Shown here piece by piece: positions 1-9,900 of a DNA stretch of 64,000 bases. The stretch comes from Rebecca billardiae RCC1528 (taxonomy: Eukaryota > Protista > Haptophyta). The notes beneath the pieces are model-generated. The model was given only the letters and a program-made list of their open reading frames with translations, searched no databases and had not been told where the DNA came from. The stretch is from NCBI GenBank assembly GCA_965240325.2, contig OZ251222.1, positions 3,472,001-3,536,000 of the forward strand. The letters run 5' to 3'. The position numbers and the translations under genes are program-made. Within the stretch, counting starts at the first letter, position 1, and every line of letters begins with the position of its first letter.

Positions 1-3000
1 CCACGGTGGCCGTCGCGTCGAAGTTCTCCGCGGCCGTGTTGGTGCAGCCCGGGAAGTCGAACTCGCAGCCGGTGAGCACCGACGCGGTCGGGTCGTAGTT
101 GGACGCGGCCGGGTTGGTGCAGCCGACGTACTGGCACAGGCCGCTGTCCACGGTCGCGTCCGGGCGGAAGTTGACCGCCTCCGTGTCGGTGCAGCCCACG
201 ACGGCAAATTCGCACGTGCTGCTGCCCGTGTTCGCCGTCGAGTCGTAGTTGGTCGCGGAAGGCGAGAGGCAGCCGCGGAAGATGCACGACGACGCGTCGA
301 GCAGCGTGACCGACGAATCGTAGTTGTCCGCGGTGATGATGCTGCAGCCGATCACCTCGGGGATGCACGAGCTGTCGTCGTCCGTCGCGAGCGAGTTGTA
401 GTTGGTGGAGAGCGCGTCCGTGCAGCCAAGCACGATGCACGAGCCGTCGTCCGTGTTCGCGCTCGAGTCGAAGTTCTCGGCGGTGGGGTCGGTGCAGCCG
501 GAGACCGTGCACACGCCACAGACGCCGCTCGACACGGTCGCCGTCGGGTTGTACAGCGAGCACGTCGAGACGAGGCAGCCCCGGTAGATGCAGCCCTGGT
601 CGACGTTGGCGCCCGAGTCGTAGTTGTCCGCAGACGGGTCGGTGCATCCGAGCACCGGCAGCACGCAGAAGCCATCGGAGGCCGTGGCGGTCGAGTCGTA
701 GTTGAAGGCGATCGGGTTGAGGCAGCCGAAGTAGACGCACTCGCTCGAGATCGTGGCGGCCGAGTTGTAGTTGGCCGCCTCGGGGTCGAGGCACCCTGTG
801 ATCGCGAGGTTGATGCAGTTGCCTGAGCTGATGGTCGCGAGCGAGTTGTAGTTGCCCGCAAGCGGGTTGAGGCAGCCGGTGATCTCGCAGCTGCCGTCGT
901 CCGTCGTCGCGAGAGAGTCGTAGTTGTCCGCGCCCGGGTCGGTGCAGCCCGCGATCAGGTAGGTGCACGACCCCGCGTTGTTCACGTTCGCGGTCGAGTC
1001 GTAGTTCTGCGCCAGCGAGTCGCGGCAGCCGGCAAACTGGCACGAGCCATCGTTGGTGTCGGCCGTCGAGACAAAGCTGATCGAGTTCGAGTCGGTGCAG
1101 CCGAACTTCGGGTACTGGCACGAGCCGTCGTTGTCCGTCGCGGTCGAGTCGAAGTTGAGCGCCACGCTGAGCGTGCAGCCGAGGTAGGCGCAGTTGCCGT
1201 CGTCCGCAGTGGCGAGCGACTCGTAGTTGGCCGCGCGCGAGTCCGTGCAGCCGAGGATCTCGCCCGCGCACGAGCCGTCATCCTCCGTCGCCGAAGAGTC
1301 GAAGTTCTGCGAGCCCGGAATCGTGCAGCCCGGGAAGACGCACGAGCCCGACTCGAGCACCGTCGCCGCCGAGTCGTAGTTGCTCGCGGCCGGGTTGGTG
1401 CAGCCGCGCACGAGGTACTGGCACGAGCCATCGTCGAGGTTGGCCGTGGAGTCGAAGTTGTCCGCGGTCGGGTCGACGCAGCTGGCATACAGGCACAACT
1501 CGGGCACGCCGATGTTCGCGGTCGAGTCGAAGTTGTCGGCGAGCGAGTCCGCGCAGCCCGAAACCGCGTCGACGCAGCTGCCGTCGTTCTGGTTGGCCAG
1601 CGAGTTGAAGTTGGCGGCCGTCGGGTCGACGCAGCCGAGGACGCTCGCGCGGCAGCAGGTCGTCGGCGGCGAGGCGCCTCCACACCCGGAGGGCGCGCGC
1701 GTGGCGAGGTTGTTGTAGTTGCGCGCCGTCGAGTCGGTGCAGCCGATGATGTCGTACGTGCACGTCTCGGAGCCCTGCGCGGTGGCGTTCGAGTTGAAGT
1801 TGGACGCGACGGGGTCCAAGCAGCCGAAGATGTCGTACACGCACGAGCCGTCGTTTCTGTTGGCGCGGTTGTCGTAGTTGGTCGCGTTGAGGTAGGTGCA
1901 GCCGCTGATCACGCACGACTGGTCGTCGATCGTCGCCGATTGGTCGAAGTTGTCCGCGCTCGGGTCGATGCAGCCCGAGATGGGGCAGACCGTCGTCAGG
2001 TACGTGACTTGCAGCTCCGCGTTGAAGCACGTCGCGGCCGGCACGATCACCGGGTCCTCGCCCTGCAGCCGGCGCAGGTGCACCTCGCGCGCCGAACGCC
2101 ACGCGGCGATCGCGCGCGCGCGCGCCTCCGCCGGGATGAGCGCCGACGGCGGCGCGGACCACACGGCGTCGAGGTCCTGGACGCGCTCGGCGAAACGCTG
2201 GCCGGCGTCGGAGAGCTGGCCGGCCGGCGGGCTGTTGCCCACGCTGAGGCCGATGAGGTTGCGGATCTGCACCACCTGCGCGGCCATCGTCGTCGGGTCG
2301 TCGAGGACGCCCGCGATGATGCTGCCCGTCGACGACGTGCACCGGTCGTGCAGCCACTGGAGGGTGGCCTGGTTCACGGTGGTGCGGTCGGAGTAGATGG
2401 TGAAGAGGGAGTCCATGCGCCTCAGCAGCTCGGCGACAATCGCCATCGCGCGGATCACGGCGAACGACAGCGGGCGCAACGTGGCGCCCGCCTCGACCTC
2501 GCGCAGGTACTGCTGCAGCGGCCGGTACGTCGTCACGTCGACGGTCGTCGAGAAGTCGAGGCACGCCTGCAGCTCGGCGTTGGCCTCCGAATGCGTGAGC
2601 GCGAGGTCGCGCAGCCCCATGTACGACGTGGTGAGCGGCGAGATCACGCTCGAGTCGATCGGCGCGCGCATCGTGTAGGTGAGCGACTGCGAGTTGATGA
2701 TGTCGCGGCAGTTGAGCGACGGCGGCACCTCCAGGTAGGCGTTGCCCTTCGAGCCCGTGTAGATGAGGTTGTACTGGCCGTTGACGTTGGACGAGCCCGT
2801 GCCGACGACCTCGCCGCCGAGGTTGATGGCGCGCACGGTGCACTGGCGCCTCTGCGCGATGCTCATCACGACGCCGCTCGTCGTCTGGTACTGGCAGCTG
2901 CCGTCGTCGATGCTCGCGCGCTGCACAAAGTTGATGGCGGTCGAGTCGGTGCAGCCCGCGTACCGGCACTGGATCCCGCCCTTGGTGGCGGTGGGCAGGT

Positions 3001-4895
3001 AGTTGACGGCGACCGGGTCTTGGCAGCCGATGACGTGCGGCACGCACGAGCCATCGTTGACCGTGGCGGACGGCTGGAAGTTGAAGGCGGCCGAGTCGGT
3101 GCAGCCCGGGATGATGCAGCTCTGCCCGCTCGACGCCAGGAAGTCGCGCGTGGCCGCCGGGTTGTAGTTGAGAGCGCGCGTGTTGCGGCAGCCGTAGATG
3201 GGGATGATGCAGCTGCCGTCGTCGACGTTCGCCAGCGGGTTGTAGTTGGTCGCCGACTTGCGCGTGCAGCCGCGCACCGTCGGGATGCAGCCGAAGTTGA
3301 CCGTCGCCAGCGGGCGGTAGTTGCGCGCGGTCGAGTCCGTGCAGCCGATCACCGGGAACACACACGAGGCGTCGTCGGTGGTCGCGGTCGGGTTGTAGTT
3401 GGTCGCCGCCGGGGAGAGGCAGCCCGGGAAGTCGATCACGCACGAGCCGTCGTCGATAGTCGCAACCGGGTAGTAGTTCAGCGCCTCGGAGTTCGTGCAG
3501 CCGTCCACCGGGTACGTGCACGAGCCGTCGTCGATCGTCGCGAGCGGGTTGTAGTTGGACGCCCGGGGCGACATGCAGCCGACCGTCGGCAGCACGCAGC
3601 CCTGGTTGACGGTCGCGTCCGAGCGGTAGTTGATGGCGTTCGTGAGCGTGCACCCGTAGATGACGCGCGAGCACGAGCCCGCGCGCAGCGTGTTGGCCGA
3701 CGGGTTGTAGTTGATCGCGGTCGGGTCGGTGCAGCCCAGAATGACCTGGATGCAGCTGCCGTCGTCGACGGTGGCGCGCGAGTTGAAGTTGAGCGCGGTC
3801 GGGTCGGTGCAGCCCGGCCGCGGCAGAACGCACTGCACGGTGGTGGGCTGGAAGGTCGCGCTCGGGTTGTAGTTCGTCGCCACCGGATTGAGGCAGCCCG
3901 GCACCGGGAAGACGCACTGGGTGTTGTCCGCGATGTCGGCGGTCGGGTTGTAGTTGAGCGCGGACGTCACCTTGCAGCCGACCGTCGCAAAGACGCAGGT
4001 GCCGTCGTACACGGTGGCGTTCGGGTTGAAGTTGATCGCGAGCGACGCCGTGCAGCCGGCGATGTCGTACTCGCACGTCCCGTCGTTCTCCGCCGCGTCC
4101 GAGCGGAAGTTCCTCGCCATGGAGTCCGTGCAGCCGCGGATGAGGAACGTGCAGTTGCCGTCGTTCACCGTGGCCGACGGGTCGTAGTTGGTCGCGATCG
4201 GCGAGTTGCAGCCCGGGATGAGGCAGGTGTCCGTGGACACGGTCGCGAGCGGCTCGTAGTTGGTGGCGGCCGTGTCCGTGCAGCCGAAGCGCGGGAACGT
4301 GCACAAGCCGGGCTGGAAGCGGTTCGCCGACGGGTTGTAGTTGGTCGCGGTCGGGCTGGTGCAGCCAAAGTACTGGCACGAGCCGTCGTCGACCGACGCG
4401 TCCGCGTTGTAGTTGGCGGCGGTGGAGACCGTGCAGCCCTTGCAGCTCGTGAAGTCGCAGGTGCCGTCGAGCACGGTGGCGCTCGGGTCGTAGTTGCACG
4501 CCGTCGGCGAGGTGCAGCCGTCGATGTAGTAGTCGCACGTGCCGTCGTCCGTGTCGGCGACCGGGTCGTAGTTGATCGCGTCCGAGTCGGTGCAGCCGAG
4601 CGTGTACGGGAAGCACGAGTCGTACGTGTCCGCGCGCGGGTTGTAGTCGCGCGCCCACGAGTCGGTGCAGCCGATGACGGGGAAGACGCAGGGGCTCACG
4701 CCGTCGAGCGGCTCGGCGGTCGCGGTCGGGTTGAAGTTCAGCGCCGTCGAGTTGATGCAGCCGAACACGGGCAGAATGCAGCACTCCGGCGGCGCCACCC
4801 ACGACGGATCCGACGCGTTCCGCGCGCACGTCGTCGGGGAAGGCAGCAGGAAGGCGAGCGAGTCGTAGTTGTCCGCGACCGGGTTGGTACAGCCG
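1..4895 (-). repeat. Two blocks (1-1975 and 2880-4895) of ~25-aa Cys-rich coding repeats, period ~72-81 nt
   Basis: Recurring + strand motifs gtgcagcc, gtagtt/gaagtt and gcacgagccgtcgtc. Roughly 27 + 25 copies counted by eye. Confidence 0.9.
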
Positions 4896-6979
4896 ATGCG
4901 CGGCGGCGGCGACGATGGCGGCGGCGGGCTGGGGGGCGGGAAAGGTGGCGGTGACGGCGGCGGCACAGGCGGCGGCGACGACGGAGGCGGCGGCGACGAT
5001 GGCGGCGGCGGGCTCGGCGGCGGGCTCGGCGGCGGCGAGGGCGGCGGCGGCGGCGGCGGCGACGGCGGGGGAGGCGGGCTCGGCGGCGAAGGCGGGGGGA
5101 ATGGGTCGAATTGAGGCGGCGGTGGGCTGGGAGGAGGCGACGGCGGCGGCGACGGCGGCGGCGACGGCGGCGGGCTCGGCGGCGGCGACGGCGGCGGGCT
5201 CGGCGGCGGGCTCGGCGGCGGCGACGGCGGCGGCGATGGCGGCGGGCTCGGCGGCGGGAATGGCGGCGGCGGACTCGGCGTGACGAACGGCGCGCTCACG
5301 ATCGCGCTGAGCGGCACGCTGATCGGCGCGCTGAGCACGCGGAGCGGCACGCTGAACGGCGCGCTGAACGGCACGCTGAGCGGCACGCTGAGCGGCACGC
5401 TCACCGGCACGCTGAGCGGCACGCTGAGCACGCTGAGCGGCACGCTGAGCGGCACGCTGAGCGGGAGCGACACCGGCACGCTGAGCGGCACGCTGAGCGG
5501 GAGCGACACCGGCGCGCTGAGCGGCACGCTGAGCGGGAGCGACACCGGCGCGCTGAGCGGCGCGCTGAGCGGCACGCTGAGCGGGAGCGACACCGGCGCG
5601 CTGAGCGGCACGCTGAGCGGGAGCGAGACCGGCGCGCTGAGCGGCACGCTGAGCGGGAGCGAGACCGGCGCGCTGAGCGGCACGCTGAGCGGGAGCGAGA
5701 CCGGCGCGCTGAGCGGCACGCTGAGCGGGAGCGAGACCGGCGCGCTGAGCGGCACGCTGAGCGGGAGCGAGACCGGCGCGCTGAGCGGCACGCTGAGCAC
5801 GCTGAGCGGCGCGCTGAGCGGCACGCTGAGCACGCTGAGCGGCGCGCTGAGCGGCACGCTGAGCACGCTGAGCGGCACGCTGAGCGGCACGCTGAGCGCG
5901 CTCAGCGGCACGCTGAACGGCGCGCTGGTCGGCAAGCTGATCGAGATGCTGAGCGCAAGGCTGATCGGCAGCGACATGGGCATCGAGATGGGCACCGACA
6001 TCGGCTCCGACACGCCTGCGAAGCTGAACTCGAGCGGGAGCGACATGGCCGCGGAGAACGCGAAGGAGCCGACACCGCCGAGCGACACGACCGACATCGG
6101 CGAGCCCTCCGCCGCGACGCGCTCGAGCTGCCGCTGCGCCTCGTCCGAGTGGTGGTGGTGGTGGCGCTCGCGGAGCTGGCGGTAGCTCGGCTGCTGCTCC
6201 CAGAGGTCGTACACCATCGTCTCGAGCTGGTGCTTCGCGTCCGCCGTGACGCCCATCGCGTTGTCCGCGTCGTCGTCCGCGTTGACCGGCGGCGCCGCCA
6301 TCTCCGGCGTGTACGTCGCGCCCGCCGTGCCTCGCGCGTGAGCGATGGCCGCGTCGACCCGGTGGACGCCGAGGCCGGCCCGGTCGTCGGCTGCCCGCAC
6401 CTCCCACTCGCAGTCACGCGCGCTCGCGCCCGCCGAGCGCGCCCACTCGCCCCCGTTGCCACCAAGGACGCTGGCTGCACGCACGAGCGTGTGGCCCTTC
6501 GTTGCGGCCGGCACGCCGCACACGTCCCAGCCGAGGCCCGGGTCGGGGCCGAAGTCGCCGACGCAGTCCACGAGCTCGTACTTCTCCCGCGTCCCGCGCG
6601 CCAGGCACAGGCCGTCGTTGCCGTTGGACAGGTACGGGTGCGTCATATCCGCGCGCGACAGGATCGCCTCATCAGCCGCGGGATGCGCGATGACAAAGAC
6701 GGCCCCGGGTGCGAGAGCGGCACCGGCAGGCAGATCCTTCCAGTACTCGAACTCGCCCGGGCGTGTGGCACCGTTCACCACGCTGGGCAGCCCGTACTCC
6801 GCCAGAGGCGCAGGTGCAGAGCCCACGTTTGCAATCTCCACATAGCGGTTGCTCGCGCTGCCATCGCTCACCTCGGAAATGATAAGGTGCGCACTCCGCG
6901 ACTCCGCGGAGTCCGAGGACGCCGCGGCCAGCGCGAAGAGCGCAGGCGCCAGCCACACGCTCCCGCGGCGGCGCCACAT
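1..6979 (-). CDS. Giant secreted protein, 3'-partial, >2,326 aa: signal peptide, lamin-tail domain (LTD), SxPL repeats, poly-Pro stalk, ~50 GCxDxxAxN(Y/F)...DDGSC repeats
   Basis: Absent from the ORF track, probably because it runs off the window edge. ATG at 6979 gives MWRRRGSVWLAPALFALAAA, then LIISEVSDGSASNRYVEIANVG...SNGNDGLCL...LVDCVG (LTD-like, ~6890-6365). The same frame was confirmed at 5281 (VSAPFVTPSPPP) and at base 4 (ENFDATATV). Confidence 0.88.
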   Translation of the reverse strand, partial: MWRRRGSVWLAPALFALAAASSDSAESRSAHLIISEVSDGSASNRYVEIANVGSAPAPLAEYGLPSVVNGATRPGEFEYWKDLPAGAALAPGAVFVIAHPAADEAILSRADMTHPYLSNGNDGLCLARGTREKYELVDCVGDFGPDPGLGWDVCGVPAATKGHTLVRAASVLGGNGGEWARSAGASARDCEWEVRAADDRAGLGVHRVDAAIAHARGTAGATYTPEMAAPPVNADDDADNAMGVTADAKHQLETMVYDLWEQQPSYRQLRERHHHHHSDEAQRQLERVAAEGSPMSVVSLGGVGSFAFSAAMSLPLEFSFAGVSEPMSVPISMPMSLPISLALSISISLPTSAPFSVPLSALSVPLSVPLSVLSVPLSAPLSVLSVPLSAPLSVLSVPLSAPVSLPLSVPLSAPVSLPLSVPLSAPVSLPLSVPLSAPVSLPLSVPLSAPVSLPLSVPLSAPVSLPLSVPLSAPLSAPVSLPLSVPLSAPVSLPLSVPLSVPVSLPLSVPLSVPLSVLSVPLSVPVSVPLSVPLSVPFSAPFSVPLRVLSAPISVPLSAIVSAPFVTPSPPPPFPPPSPPPSPPPSPPPSPPPSPPPSPPPSPPPSPPPSPPPSPPPSPPPPQFDPFPPPSPPSPPPPPSPPPPPPPSPPPSPPPSPPPPSSPPPPSSPPPVPPPSPPPFPPPSPPPPSSPPPRIGCTNPVADNYDSLAFLLPSPTTCARNASDPSWVAPPECCILPVFGCINSTALNFNPTATAEPLDGVSPCVFPVIGCTDSWARDYNPRADTYDSCFPYTLGCTDSDAINYDPVADTDDGTCDYYIDGCTSPTACNYDPSATVLDGTCDFTSCKGCTVSTAANYNADASVDDGSCQYFGCTSPTATNYNPSANRFQPGLCTFPRFGCTDTAATNYEPLATVSTDTCLIPGCNSPIATNYDPSATVNDGNCTFLIRGCTDSMARNFRSDAAENDGTCEYDIAGCTASLAINFNPNATVYDGTCVFATVGCKVTSALNYNPTADIADNTQCVFPVPGCLNPVATNYNPSATFQPTTVQCVLPRPGCTDPTALNFNSRATVDDGSCIQVILGCTDPTAINYNPSANTLRAGSCSRVIYGCTLTNAINYRSDATVNQGCVLPTVGCMSPRASNYNPLATIDDGSCTYPVDGCTNSEALNYYPVATIDDGSCVIDFPGCLSPAATNYNPTATTDDASCVFPVIGCTDSTARNYRPLATVNFGCIPTVRGCTRKSATNYNPLANVDDGSCIIPIYGCRNTRALNYNPAATRDFLASSGQSCIIPGCTDSAAFNFQPSATVNDGSCVPHVIGCQDPVAVNYLPTATKGGIQCRYAGCTDSTAINFVQRASIDDGSCQYQTTSGVVMSIAQRRQCTVRAINLGGEVVGTGSSNVNGQYNLIYTGSKGNAYLEVPPSLNCRDIINSQSLTYTMRAPIDSSVISPLTTSYMGLRDLALTHSEANAELQACLDFSTTVDVTTYRPLQQYLREVEAGATLRPLSFAVIRAMAIVAELLRRMDSLFTIYSDRTTVNQATLQWLHDRCTSSTGSIIAGVLDDPTTMAAQVVQIRNLIGLSVGNSPPAGQLSDAGQRFAERVQDLDAVWSAPPSALIPAEARARAIAAWRSAREVHLRRLQGEDPVIVPAATCFNAELQVTYLTTVCPISGCIDPSADNFDQSATIDDQSCVISGCTYLNATNYDNRANRNDGSCVYDIFGCLDPVASNFNSNATAQGSETCTYDIIGCTDSTARNYNNLATRAPSGCGGASPPTTCCRASVLGCVDPTAANFNSLANQNDGSCVDAVSGCADSLADNFDSTANIGVPELCLYASCVDPTADNFDSTANLDDGSCQYLVRGCTNPAASNYDSAATVLESGSCVFPGCTIPGSQNFDSSATEDDGSCAGEILGCTDSRAANYESLATADDGNCAYLGCTLSVALNFDSTATDNDGSCQYPKFGCTDSNSISFVSTADTNDGSCQFAGCRDSLAQNYDSTANVNNAGSCTYLIAGCTDPGADNYDSLATTDDGSCEITGCLNPLAGNYNSLATISSGNCINLAITGCLDPEAANYNSAATISSECVYFGCLNPIAFNYDSTATASDGFCVLPVLGCTDPSADNYDSGANVDQGCIYRGCLVSTCSLYNPTATVSSGVCGVCTVSGCTDPTAENFDSSANTDDGSCIVLGCTDALSTNYNSLATDDDSSCIPEVIGCSIITADNYDSSVTLLDASSCIFRGCLSPSATNYDSTANTGSSTCEFAVVGCTDTEAVNFRPDATVDSGLCQYVGCTNPAASNYDPTASVLTGCEFDFPGCTNTAAENFDATATV
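5290..5930 (-). repeat. Coding minisatellite with 12-nt and 36-nt units encoding SVPL/SAPL/SAPVSLPLSVPL
   Basis: Tandem gctgagcggcac units and near-perfect 36-mers gagaccggcgcgctgagcggcacgctgagcgggagc. Confidence 0.92.
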
Positions 6980-7565
6980 AACCCCCGCTCGGGCCGGCGT
7001 CGACAGCTGCACCCGACGAGGCGACTCCTCTCCACTCCCAGCGGGCTGCGGCGGCCCTTGCGCAAGCCCCCCGGAGCCACGGCCCAGAAAGTGCGCGCGC
7101 GTCGAGCCGCACCTATCACGAATGGGTGCGGCGCGCCGGTGAACAAATTTTTGATAGGAGGGCACACGCAAGGCGGCCCACCGGCGCGAGTTACTCTCTG
7201 CCCCAAACCCGACAACTATTCATCGACCCGTCGTCCGGGTCGTAACGCGTAAACTTGAGATGCAGCCCGACGATAAAACGCATGCCGATATAAGAGATCG
7301 CAGCCTCAGCCAGTCTGAATAGAGAGACGCAGTCTGAAACGCGCCTGCCGTGCTCGACGAAAGCGTCTCCGTGGCAAGGTGGGCAGCCGAGAGATCCCAA
7401 GCGAGGGCGACAGATGATTTGCGGGCTGGAGTGCAGGCGCGCTGTGATGACATCCGGTGCATCGGTCCCTTGCCGGCGCCGCGAGAGCGCTGTCCGGGGC
7501 AGGTGAATACTACGACCACCCGAAATACGGTATTCGCGCCTGCACGCATGCGACCGGCGCGAGAC

Positions 7566-9744
7566 CTACGATGGCAGCTGCGCCGTGATGCCGCGCAAGT
7601 AGTCGTGGAGCCGCACAGCAGAGGCGGAGGTGTCGGCGTCATCGACGGCCTCTCCCGGCCCTCCGTCGTCGCGCGTGATGCCCTCGGCAGCGCCTCGGGC
7701 GGCGTGATGGCTGGAGCTACCCGCGCCGTTCGCACTGTCTGCGACGTCCCGAGTGTCCGCGGGGCCTGCGAGCGTGATCACGCAATCGCGCTCGTGCGGC
7801 TCGCGCCACTCGAGGCCGAGCGCCTCGAAGATCTCCACCTCTGTGTGGCACTCGAGCTCCTCGCCGCCCGGGAGGGTGAGCCCGCGGTCGGAGAGCCTGC
7901 AGCCGTTGAGCTTCGCCCAGTGCCGCATGCTCCGGTTGAAGTAGTCCGAGCCCGTGAAGTAGAGGAGTGCGAACGGCAGCTTGGCGCGGGGGTAGACCTT
8001 CATGTCGATCCGCCGGTGCAGCGCGCCCGGCTCGCTCAGGCGGCAGATGCCCATGAAGGACTGCGAGTCACCCTCGCCCCCGGCCGCGTCATCGCCCGCA
8101 CCGCCTGCGGCGTGCGGCCTGGCGAGCACGTCGGTGATGAAGCCGCGCGCCTGCAATGCCGCCAGCAGCCGGCAGAGCAGGCCGTCGCTCGGCGCGCCCT
8201 CCACGAGCGAGATGAGCACGTCCAGGTCGCCGCTCGACGCCTTCCCGCGCCGGTACGAGCCCACGGGCTCGCAATACGCCACCTGCTCGGCGGGCACAAG
8301 CTCGAGGAGCACGGCGCGCACGACGGCCGCGCACCGCGCGACCTCGGCGCGAGGGATCCGCTGCTGCAGCTCGTCCAGGTAGCGCAGGCCCACCTGCGCG
8401 CGCGCGTCGAGCACGCGAGCGCTGACCAGGTCGTCCAACGTGCGCAGGCCCCGCGCGTAGAAGCTGTCGGCTGTCTGGATGCCGACACCTGCGCGTCGAA
8501 GACCACGGCACGGCGCGGAGGCGCGCGCACACCCGGCAGCGAGCACACACGGTGAGGAGGGGCGAGGGGAGGGCGGGAGGTAGAGGGGGGTGGGGAAGGC
8601 AGTGAGCGGGGCTAGGCGCGAGGAGGTGGCGCGCAACGAGGCGAGCTCTCGCCCAGGCGCGCTCCGCGGCCGCACCCCAGATGCGCGCGAACGAGAGGAT
8701 CGTGAGAACCTTCTCGTTCTTGCAGAGCTCGACCAGTCGGTCGAGCCCGGCGCGCGGGTCGAGGCCGCTCTCGTTTGCGTTGAGCATCTTCTCGAGGCAC
8801 TCCACGGTGGTCGCGCCGAAGACCTTGTCGTTCTGCCAGGCGGCCCCACCTCGCTTGCGCCCGCGCAGCATGGCGTGCAGGTCGTCGCACGTCTCGAGCC
8901 GCACGCCGCAGCCGCGCAGCGCCTTGGCGACGCGCGCGAAGGCGTCCGCGCGGAACCTGTCCTGCTCACGGCCGGAGGGGCGCACCTTGTAGAGCGCCGC
9001 GAGGTCCTCGAGCGGCTTGCACAGGTGCTCGTTGTCCACGGTAGAAACCGCGAGCGGCTGCTGGCACATGAAGCTCTGGCGCACCGCCGTCTGCGCGAGG
9101 CGCGGCATGATCCGCACGCGCGCCGCAGGTGCGGGGCCGTTGCCCGCCTCGTCATGTGCTGCTGCGCGCGGCTCCGCTTCTCTCCCTCGCTTGCGCGCGC
9201 CAGTGCCGGGCGCAGCCTCCACGGCCGACGCCGCGACCGCGGGTGCATTGTCGGCACCCGCATGGTACACGGCCAGGAGGTGGTCATCATACCCGCGCCC
9301 AGCCATCGCGCACTTGCCGGTGGAGATCCACTGCGGCGACATGACGGGCGTGCATGGCTCACATCGCACCCCTGATGCCTGCAGGAGGATGCGCACACGC
9401 TGGCTCTCGGAGCCCGCCGGGAAGTGGGAACACAGCACAATGTGCGTCACGATTGACGGCTCCGCACGGAACGGCAACGCATCCGCCCCCGCAGCGCCGC
9501 TCTTGAACACGACGACTCGAGGGATGCCGCGCTCGAGCGCAACCTCGCGGAGTCGCCCCACGCGCGCGCTGCTTGCAGCGGCGTCTGCGCCCTCGGCGAG
9601 GATAGCGACGGCGAGCCGAGGCGAGGGCTCGCCCTCTCCCGCGGGCTCGGGCCGTGGTGTCGTGGGCAGAATGCGCTCCAACTCCTCCCACACCTTGGCA
9701 GTCTCCAGAGCTGTCGGGCTGCCGCCGCCATCGCTGTGCCCCAT
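7566..9744 (-). CDS. DNA polymerase X family, Pol lambda-like, with degenerate N-terminal BRCT; exons 9744-8676 and 8488-7566 (~663 aa)
   Basis: Motifs GSYRRGKASSGDLDVLIS, RRIDMKVYP and YFTGSDYFNRSMR. Splicing the GT-AG intron 8675-8489 restores the HhH motif IWGVGIQTA. Confidence 0.92.
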
Positions 9745-9900
9745 GCGGCCGTGTATCCACTATCCACAAAATAATGAAAAGCGCGACGAGAGAGATTTTC
9801 ATCAAAAAGCGAAAGCTCGCACATTTTCCCGCGGGACAGCGGGACGAGTTTCTTTTGAGCTCCGGCCGTTGCGGGTCCGCAGCGACGGCGGGCCGGGGCG
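9745..9900. promoter_or_regulatory. Putative bidirectional promoter between Pol X and IFT140
   Basis: 156-bp, relatively A/T-rich gap between divergent start codons. Confidence 0.6.

Noticed and set aside
1-5930. Regularly spaced repeats as a possible CRISPR array
   Set aside because: The repeats are degenerate, in frame and protein-coding in a eukaryotic gene. No cas genes are present.
1278-7252. Long ORFs 1278-6407(-), 1940-4954(+), 5111-7252(+) and 5280-6185(+)
   Set aside because: Shadow frames of the true minus-strand gene starting at 6979. High GC suppresses stop codons and the translations are Arg/Ala-rich without motifs.
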